Shown here piece after piece: positions 1 to 4,788 of a DNA stretch of 5,168 nucleotides; position 1 is the first letter of the stretch; each line of letters begins with the position of its first letter. Origin of the DNA: a virus. Position numbers and translations under genes: made by a program. The notes beneath the pieces were generated by a model. That model saw only the letters and a program-made list of their open reading frames with translations. It did no database searches and was not told the origin of the DNA. Location: IMG/VR virus record IMGVR_UViG_3300045988_013078, positions 1 through 5,168 of that record; one strand, given 5' to 3'.

Positions 1-141
1 TCTTGTTTGGGATAAATTCCAAGAGTTCATGGGAGAAGTCAATCGTTCCGGTGAAATTACTACTTACGAGATCCCTCACCGTACAGTGGTTACTGCATAT
101 GAAGCAAATTCTCTTGAAGATTATTTTGGACTTCCGACTAA
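1..141. repeat. Terminal overlap copy 1 (identical to 5028-5168); circular-contig redundancy inside the VP1 gene
   Basis: Base-by-base comparison shows 141/141 identity with the window end. The repeat lies inside a coding region and restores a continuous ORF. Confidence 0.97.
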
Positions 142-1336
142 GGTTGCTGGTTATTCTCACAGTATCTTGCCGCTCCGTGCGTACGCTTTGATTTATAATG
201 ATTGGTTTAGGTCAGATTATTTGCAAGACCCCATTGGCATTGAATTTGGTGATTACAACGAGGATAGTACTAATAATTATGACGACAAGTACGTCCTTAT
301 GCGCCGTGGCAAACGTTTTGACTACTATACGTCCTGTCTGCCATTCCCCCAGGCTGGTCCCGGTGTAGAGATTTCTCTTGGTGGTAATGCTCCTGTTTAT
401 GCTAATGATGGTAGAAATGTTTCTGGTATTCCTGCTAATTCTATAAGTGATGTAGCTACTGCAGGACGTCTTCTCTATCGTGAAACTGACGGTAACTGGC
501 CTCATGAAATTTATACTACTAATGGTACAAACGCTTCTGTTTATGCAGGCAACACTTTTGTCTATGCTGACTTAAAGAATATTTATGGTGTTACGATTAA
601 TACTTTGCGTGAGGCTTTTGCTATGCAGCAATTCCTTGAACGTCTGGCCATTGGTGGTAACCGTTATACCGAAATTATTTATTCTATGTTCGGTGTAAAA
701 TCACCTGATGCTCGGCTTCAACGTCCTGAATTTCTCGGTCATGGCCAGGCTCGTATTAATATTAATCCTGTCGAACAGACTGCTCAATCTTCTGAGACAA
801 GTCCGCAAGGTAACCTTGCCGCTTATGCTGTTTTCAGAAACGAACATCATGCGTTCAGTTATTCCGCTACTGAGCATATGATTATTCTGGGCCTGCTGTC
901 TATCCGTGCCGACTTGACTTATCAGCAGCCATTGTGGAAACAGTGGAGTTATAAAACTCGTGAAGAACTTTACTGGCCGCAATTTAGTCATTTGGGTGAA
1001 CAGGCTGTTTATACCCGTGAGATTGATTGCCGTGGTGCTGCAACGGATTCTGTTGTATTTGGTTATCAGGAGCGTTATGGTGAGTGTCGTTACTATCCGT
1101 CCTTGATTACTGGCTTATTTAAGTCAAATACTGATAGTGGTTTAGATCGTTGGCATTTGTCGCAGGATTTTGAAGTTGCCCCTGTTTTGAACAGTGACTT
1201 TATAGTTGATAACCCGCCTGTTTCTCGTGTGGTTGCTGTTCCTTCTGAACCGCATTTCTATATTGATATCTATATGGATTTGCAGTGCATTCGTCCTATG
1301 CCTATTTACAGTACGCCTGGCTTGACAAGGATGTGA
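2..1336 (+). CDS. VP1: Major capsid protein VP1 (F-like), 3' portion; continuation of the ORF that starts at 4789
   Basis: The frame is open from base 2 (LVWDKFQEFMGEV...) to TGA at 1334-1336. The internal ATG at 29 reported by the ORF track is not the true start. Conserved microvirus capsid stretches are present, e.g. KRFDYYTSCLPFPQ and TINTLREAFAMQQFLERLAIGGNRYTEIIYSMFGV. The complete protein is 524 aa once the circle is closed. Confidence 0.95.
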   Translation, partial: LVWDKFQEFMGEVNRSGEITTYEIPHRTVVTAYEANSLEDYFGLPTKVAGYSHSILPLRAYALIYNDWFRSDYLQDPIGIEFGDYNEDSTNNYDDKYVLMRRGKRFDYYTSCLPFPQAGPGVEISLGGNAPVYANDGRNVSGIPANSISDVATAGRLLYRETDGNWPHEIYTTNGTNASVYAGNTFVYADLKNIYGVTINTLREAFAMQQFLERLAIGGNRYTEIIYSMFGVKSPDARLQRPEFLGHGQARININPVEQTAQSSETSPQGNLAAYAVFRNEHHAFSYSATEHMIILGLLSIRADLTYQQPLWKQWSYKTREELYWPQFSHLGEQAVYTREIDCRGAATDSVVFGYQERYGECRYYPSLITGLFKSNTDSGLDRWHLSQDFEVAPVLNSDFIVDNPPVSRVVAVPSEPHFYIDIYMDLQCIRPMPIYSTPGLTRM

Positions 1337-1340
1337 TAAT

Positions 1341-2135
1341 ATGAGCTTTCTCGGAGATATTGCTGGCGACCTTGTCGGTGGCGCTCTTGGTTTCTTGGGT
1401 CAAAGCAGTGCGAACTCTGCTAACGCTGCCGCCTCCGAAGCTGATAGAGATTTCCAACGTGAGGTTCTACAAAACCGCCACCAGTGGGAAGCTGATGATT
1501 ACGAAAAAGCAGGTTTTAATCGTATTCTTTCGGTTACTTCTTCTTCTGGTGGTACTGGTTCTAATGCTTCTATCGCTGCCCAAAATGCTCTCGACCCTCT
1601 TGCTAGTGGCATATCTTCTGCTGTTCAGACTAGACTTAGAAGTAAGGAACTTGATGAACAAATAAACCAGATGCGTAGTCAGACTGCTAAAAATTATGCT
1701 GATGCAGATAAGGCGGATGCTGATTACGACCTCGCTAAATCCCAGTCTAAGTATTATGAAACTTTAGAGAATTATCAGGACACGCAATCTATGATAGCTG
1801 AATTAATGCTTCCATGGCAGGTCGAGCAAATGAAGCAGAATATTGTTAATTCTGCTAAAGTTTCTGATGCTCAGGTGATTGAACTTCTTGCTGGTGCCGG
1901 CGCTCATAGTGCTGCGGCTGATGAAGCTCGTGAGCGTACTCGTGGCTATCGCCGTGATAATGATGCTTTGGCTAAGGTAGGCGATGTTGGTAAATTTTTT
2001 AATGATGTTGGTGAAGCTTCCCTTGGTAAACGGGGTACTTCTTATGTCCGTGGATTCCTGAGTGGTCTGCCCTCCTTTGATTGGAGTCCTCAGAAAGAGT
2101 TTGATAAATATCGCAAGCTTTACACTGGCCGTTAA
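1341..2135 (+). CDS. VP2: Minor capsid / DNA pilot protein VP2 (H-like), 264 aa
   Basis: ATG at 1341 lies 9 nt after AAGGA (1327-1331) and 4 nt after the VP1 stop. It has a Gly/Ala-rich N-terminus followed by ...FQREVLQNRHQWEADDYEKAGFNRIL, which resembles the conserved gokushovirus VP2 motif ending AGLNPIL. The central part looks coiled-coil-like, and its position directly after VP1 fits. Confidence 0.85.
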   Translation: MSFLGDIAGDLVGGALGFLGQSSANSANAAASEADRDFQREVLQNRHQWEADDYEKAGFNRILSVTSSSGGTGSNASIAAQNALDPLASGISSAVQTRLRSKELDEQINQMRSQTAKNYADADKADADYDLAKSQSKYYETLENYQDTQSMIAELMLPWQVEQMKQNIVNSAKVSDAQVIELLAGAGAHSAAADEARERTRGYRRDNDALAKVGDVGKFFNDVGEASLGKRGTSYVRGFLSGLPSFDWSPQKEFDKYRKLYTGR

Positions 2136-2173
2136 ATTGTTTTAAATTTGTCTACAATTTTTCTGTATTTCTG

Positions 2174-2182
2174 TGTTATACT
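2174..2182 (+). promoter_or_regulatory. Candidate extended -10 promoter element (TGtTATACT) upstream of VP4
   Basis: TG at 2174-2175, one spacer base, then TATACT at 2177-2182 (5/6 match to TATAAT). It sits about 26 nt upstream of the VP4 ATG. There is no good -35 at 17-nt spacing. Confidence 0.35.
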
Positions 2183-2207
2183 CTTTTACAGAAACGAGGT
2201 GAAACTT

Positions 2208-3191
2208 ATGTGTCAAAATCCTTTAACTGCTTGGAGAGTACCGCCCAAAACTAATTCTTTTGGTTATGCTCCTCAGGTAACTTTCGGTAAAATTAAAGGT
2301 CAGCTCATACGTTCACCTCGTTCTATTACTTTCCGTCGTTCAGAAGGTATTACCGGTTCTGAAATGAAAATTCCTTGTGGTAAATGTCCTGAATGTCGTG
2401 CTGCTTTGCGCCGTGATTGGTCGCATAGAATAATGCAGGAGGCTTCTTGTTTTGATAAAGTTTCTTTTCTTACTCTTACTTACAACAATGATAATCTACC
2501 CCTTTCTGATTCTGGTATTCCGACTTTGCGCAAAGAACATGTACAGTTATTTCTTAAGCGTTTACGCAAAGCTCTTGGTCTTAGAAATACTCTTATTCGG
2601 TTTTATTGTGTTGGTGAATACGGTAGTAGATATTCTCGCCCTCACTATCATTTAATTATTTTTGGAGAGGACTTCAGTTATGATAGGAAAATTATTCGCA
2701 AGAACGGACGTTTTTATGATTATTTGTCTGATACTATTTCTCGTCTGTGGCCTTTTGGATTTCATACCGTTAATGATTTTTCTAGTGCTACCGCTCGCTA
2801 CATTTCTGGTTATGTTACTAAAAAACTTGTTGATTCGGAGCTTCCCGAAGGCATTGCTCCTAGCTTTCATACTATGTCTTTGCGGCGTGGTATTGGCTAT
2901 ACTTGGTTTGAAAGAAATTGGCGTAATGTTTTTTCTCCTTCCTCTGTGCGTATGGTTATCTCTTCAGATCTCACTCATCATTATACTGCTAGGGTGCCTC
3001 TTACTTATTGGAACTGGCTTAAATCTATAGATGAAGTGCTATATAAAGCTTGCAAGTTATATTGCTATCGTATGGCTACTTCTATTCCCGAACGGTCTTT
3101 AACTGAAGCTGTTCGTTGTAATAGAGTATTACAAAATCAAATAAGAAAGGAGTGTCGTCCATTTGAAACTGCCAGACCGCGTACCTCTTGA
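2208..3191 (+). CDS. VP4: Replication initiation protein VP4 (HUH rolling-circle endonuclease, phiX174 A-like), 327 aa
   Basis: I prefer ATG 2208 (MCQNP...), with GAGGTG at 2196-2201 upstream, over the TTG at 2148 used by the ORF track. Motifs seen are CGKCPEC, FLTLTY (motif I), HYHLIIF (HUH, 2643-2651) and YISGYVTKK (two Tyr spaced by three residues, 2799-2825). Confidence 0.95.
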   Translation: MCQNPLTAWRVPPKTNSFGYAPQVTFGKIKGQLIRSPRSITFRRSEGITGSEMKIPCGKCPECRAALRRDWSHRIMQEASCFDKVSFLTLTYNNDNLPLSDSGIPTLRKEHVQLFLKRLRKALGLRNTLIRFYCVGEYGSRYSRPHYHLIIFGEDFSYDRKIIRKNGRFYDYLSDTISRLWPFGFHTVNDFSSATARYISGYVTKKLVDSELPEGIAPSFHTMSLRRGIGYTWFERNWRNVFSPSSVRMVISSDLTHHYTARVPLTYWNWLKSIDEVLYKACKLYCYRMATSIPERSLTEAVRCNRVLQNQIRKECRPFETARPRTS

Positions 3192-3327
3192 TGTTACCGT
3201 ATTTCCTTTCGGCGACATGAAATCGGCTCAGATGTACCGTGAAAGTCGTTGCATGAGTGATAGAGATAGTACTATCATTTCTGCTTTTGGCTGTTATTTT
3301 TTATGTACATGGGCCATAAGGTATTAG
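3163..3327 (+). CDS. Hypothetical small protein, 54 aa with TTG start (or 36 aa from ATG 3217); overlaps the VP4 3' end by 29 nt
   Basis: AAGGAG at 3147-3152 is followed 10 nt later by an in-frame TTG at 3163. The frame is open to TAG at 3325-3327. From ATG 3217 onward, 18 of 36 codons end in T, matching the genome's coding bias. I recognise no family. It is too short to appear in the ORF track. Confidence 0.3.
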   Translation: MKLPDRVPLDVTVFPFGDMKSAQMYRESRCMSDRDSTIISAFGCYFLCTWAIRY

Positions 3328-3328
3328 T

Positions 3329-3586
3329 ATGAATTTTGTGTTTATTCTTTCCTTACTTTTTCCCAGTTTGCAGTTTGAACGTATTGATTCCTCGGAATAT
3401 GTCCGTGTGTCTTTTGTTGTACATAATTTTCGTTTGTACTTGGATATACCTGCCGGACTTGCTCACGAACGTGTTGAGCTTAACGAGCGTAACGTATCTG
3501 TCGTGCTGGATAGGCTTGTCGCCTGCCTTCGTGCGTGTTCTAGCCCAGGCATCGCCCCCCTTGTCAGATTATTTTTTGGTAAGTAA
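3329..3586 (+). CDS. Hypothetical protein, 85 aa, hydrophobic N-terminus (MNFVFILSLLFPSLQF); ORFan
   Basis: ATG at 3329 has a weak AAGG 7 nt upstream. By hand count 40 of 85 codons end in T, and 6 of 8 Arg codons are CGT as in the core genes. The overlapping 3336-3605 ORF has only 26 of 89 T-ending codons and sits in the +1 shadow frame, as the shadow ORFs of the known genes do. No recognisable motif. Confidence 0.55.
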   Translation: MNFVFILSLLFPSLQFERIDSSEYVRVSFVVHNFRLYLDIPAGLAHERVELNERNVSVVLDRLVACLRACSSPGIAPLVRLFFGK

Positions 3587-3610
3587 ATATTATTTAAGGA
3601 GTTGATTTTT

Positions 3611-3919
3611 ATGTCTAAAAGTTTGTTATTCGGTGTTTATGATAAGGTTGCCCAAAAATATATTGGTCTTGAAGTAAGTGATAGCGAAGCTCTTTGTAAA
3701 CGTTCTTTTTACAATCGTGTCCGTATGTCTCCGCAATCTCCTCTTGCTACCTATCCTAATGATTTTTCGCTTATGCTTCTTGGAGAGCTTGACGATTCTA
3801 CTGGTCGTGTAGATTCTTACGAAGTCCCTGTTACGGTATGTGCTAGTGCTATCCCTCCTGAAGTATTTTCGGCTGCTGCTGAAGCTGTAGCAGAGGACGC
3901 TCGAACTCGCTCTAACTAA
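3611..3919 (+). CDS. VP5: Gokushovirus VP5-like non-structural protein, 102 aa
   Basis: ATG 3611 lies 9 nt after AAGGAG (3596-3601). The TTG at 3602 in the ORF track is probably not the start. The pattern ...VYDKVA...A.KRSF...YPNDFSLMLLGELDDSTGRV... matches the conserved VP5/ORF5 signature as I recall it. Its position between VP4 and VP3 fits. Confidence 0.8.
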   Translation: MSKSLLFGVYDKVAQKYIGLEVSDSEALCKRSFYNRVRMSPQSPLATYPNDFSLMLLGELDDSTGRVDSYEVPVTVCASAIPPEVFSAAAEAVAEDARTRSN

Positions 3920-3922
3920 TTA

Positions 3923-3951
3923 TTGCTTTTCCCCCTCTATTGCCTTATAAT
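3923..3951 (+). promoter_or_regulatory. Candidate sigma70-type promoter TTGCTT-N17-TATAAT for the downstream structural gene block
   Basis: TTGCTT at 3923-3928, an exact 17-nt spacer, and a perfect TATAAT at 3946-3951. The -10 lies in the loop of the terminator hairpin. Confidence 0.45.
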
Positions 3952-3974
3952 TGGCTTTAGAGGGATTTTTTTTT
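3933..3974 (+). terminator. Rho-independent terminator after VP5
   Basis: CCCTCTA (3933-3939) pairs with TAGAGGG (3958-3964), a 7-bp stem, with an extra inner GCC/GGC pairing (3942-3944 with 3953-3955). It is followed by A and a run of nine T (3966-3974). Confidence 0.7.
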
Positions 3975-3991
3975 GAAAGGAGATGTTTTTT

Positions 3992-4072
3992 ATGAATAAG
4001 TGGTTTACTGCCCTCGTTACTGCTATTGCTGCTGCTTGTAGCTATCTTCTCGGCATCAATAACCCCCTATAA
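3992..4072 (+). CDS. 26-aa hydrophobic single-span peptide MNKWFTALVTAIAAACSYLLGINNPL
   Basis: AAGGAG at 3977-3982 is exactly 9 nt before ATG 3992, and the stop TAA is at 4070-4072. 14 of 26 codons end in T. It fills an otherwise empty slot between the terminator and the next gene's SD box. It is too short for the ORF track. Confidence 0.5.
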   Translation: MNKWFTALVTAIAAACSYLLGINNPL

Positions 4073-4090
4073 GAAAGGAGATTTTTAATT

Positions 4091-4210
4091 ATGGCTCAAC
4101 GTAAAAAAGTTTCTCGTAAAGGTTCTCGTCGATTGTTTACTGCTGTCGGCAACCGTACCCAGTCTATCAATTTGCAGCAACCCCCGCATAGAGGAGGTTG
4201 GAGATTATGA
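4091..4210 (+). CDS. Small basic DNA-binding/packaging peptide (phiX174 J-like, gokushovirus ORF8-like), 39 aa
   Basis: AAGGAG at 4075-4080 lies 10 nt before ATG 4091. The product MAQRKKVSRKGSRRLFTAVGNRTQSINLQQPPHRGGWRL has about 10 basic residues. The SRRLF...RGGxRL C-terminal pattern is typical of the gokushovirus small basic protein. The stop TGA at 4208-4210 overlaps the VP3 ATG. Confidence 0.8.
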   Translation: MAQRKKVSRKGSRRLFTAVGNRTQSINLQQPPHRGGWRL

Positions 4211-4653
4211 ACAATGTTTTATCTCGTTTTAGTTCCTCTACTCGTTGTTATGCTACTAATAATGGCGTCGTTCTTACTGTGCAAGATGAATCTGTTGTAA
4301 ACCAATGTGATATTAATAAGCTCTGTGATAACTATATTCGTACTGGCGAATATTATCCCGGACTACTTGCGCGTAAGCTTCGCCGTCCTGTTTTTGGTGA
4401 GTTTGACCCGTCTAATCAGTCCCTTAGTAACGTTTTGATGGCCCAAAGACGTGCTTTAGAAAGTTTTGATTTGCTTTCTCCTGAAATACGTGAACGTTTT
4501 AATAATGACCCACGTAAGTTTTTTGAATTTGTAACGGATGTGAATAACCAAGATGAAATTATTAAAATGGGTCTTGCCGTTGATAAACGTCCTGTTGAAA
4601 CTATTCAGAAGGTAGAAATTGTCAACCCCGATTCAGCGAAGGGGTCGGAGTGA
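4207..4653 (+). CDS. VP3: Internal scaffolding protein VP3, 148 aa
   Basis: ATG 4207 lies 9 nt after GAGGAGG (4191-4197). The TTG at 4198 in the ORF track is unlikely to be the start. Motifs seen are ...NQCDINKLCDNYIRTGE... and ...FDLLSPEIRERFNNDPRKFFEFVTDVNNQDEIIKMGL..., matching the conserved VP3 pattern (LP..IR..F.NDP..F..F). Confidence 0.85.
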   Translation: MNNVLSRFSSSTRCYATNNGVVLTVQDESVVNQCDINKLCDNYIRTGEYYPGLLARKLRRPVFGEFDPSNQSLSNVLMAQRRALESFDLLSPEIRERFNNDPRKFFEFVTDVNNQDEIIKMGLAVDKRPVETIQKVEIVNPDSAKGSE

Positions 4654-4668
4654 ATTTTGTGAACGGAG

Positions 4669-4702
4669 CCTAGCTTTACTACTTGTTCATATATATGCTA
4701 GG
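4669..4702 (+). other. Hairpin A in the VP3-VP1 intergenic region (6-bp stem, 22-nt AT-rich loop)
   Basis: CCTAGC (4669-4674) pairs with GCTAGG (4697-4702). The loop contains the palindrome CATATATATG (4688-4697). Confidence 0.35.
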
Positions 4703-4710
4703 TGACACCC

Positions 4711-4748
4711 CCCGCATGGAGCCTACGTTTTCAGCTATTCCATGCGGG
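4711..4748 (+). other. Hairpin B in the VP3-VP1 intergenic region (perfect 10-bp GC-rich stem, 18-nt loop); function unknown
   Basis: CCCGCATGGA (4711-4720) is the exact reverse complement of TCCATGCGGG (4739-4748). It is followed by TAAAATAAAAAAAAA, not a T-run, so it is not a canonical + strand intrinsic terminator. Confidence 0.6.
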
Positions 4749-4788
4749 TAAAATAAAAAAAAAGGATGTGATTTTTTTGAAATCAAAT

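Noticed and set aside
1-141. The 141-nt terminal direct repeat read as a biological DTR/LTR or a duplicated gene fragment
   Set aside because: The repeat is exact, sits inside VP1, and restores one continuous capsid ORF when collapsed. A circular genome linearised with a k-mer overlap explains it fully.
3-191. + strand 62-aa ORF overlapping the VP1 region (TTG start)
   Set aside because: It is a +1 shadow of VP1 produced by the NNT codon bias. It has no SD box, and it lies in the duplicated terminal overlap.
2148-2207. The ORF-track N-terminal extensions: TTG 2148 for VP4, and likewise TTG 3602 for VP5 and TTG 4198 for VP3
   Set aside because: Downstream in-frame ATGs (2208, 3611, 4207) sit at proper spacing from SD boxes. 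The TTG codons either overlap or abut the SD box itself or have none. MCQNP... is a typical VP4 N-terminus.
3313-3335. Possible programmed +1 frameshift or broken gene joining the 54-aa and 85-aa ORFs (TAG 3325-3327 followed one base later by ATG 3329)
   Set aside because: I see no recognisable slippery sequence at TAT-TAG-T. Simple termination and reinitiation, or independent initiation, is a sufficient explanation. It cannot be excluded without homologues.
3361-3420. tRNA-like T-loop motif (GTTCAAAC on the minus strand), plus a general scan for tRNA, rRNA and CRISPR
   Set aside because: No flanking 5-bp T-stem or acceptor pairing could be built. I saw no regularly spaced repeats anywhere in the window, and the genome is too small and too densely coding for such elements.
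3336-3605. 89-aa + strand ORF (TTG start) overlapping the 85-aa ORFan
   Set aside because: Only 26 of 89 codons end in T, against 40 of 85 in the 3329 frame. It occupies the +1 shadow frame relative to 3329, exactly as the other hydrophobic shadow ORFs do relative to known genes, and it has no SD box.
4183-4191. The 9-mer CCCCCGCAT, shared with the left side of hairpin B (4707-4715)
   Set aside because: Dozens of repeated 9-mers are expected by chance in a 5-kb sequence, and there is no supporting context.
4686-4713. Search for an XerCD/dif-like attachment site (as used by integrating enterobacterial gokushoviruses); best partial matches were here on the minus strand and at 2794-2821
   Set aside because: Compared with E. 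coli dif (GGTGCGCATAATGTATATTATGTTAAAT), only about 5-7 of 11 bases match per arm, and the central region does not fit. A different host dif cannot be excluded without a search.
4711-4763. Hairpin B as a rho-independent terminator for VP3
   Set aside because: The stem is followed by an A-rich tract, not a T-run. On the minus strand the T-run would precede the stem, so it is not a canonical terminator in either direction.
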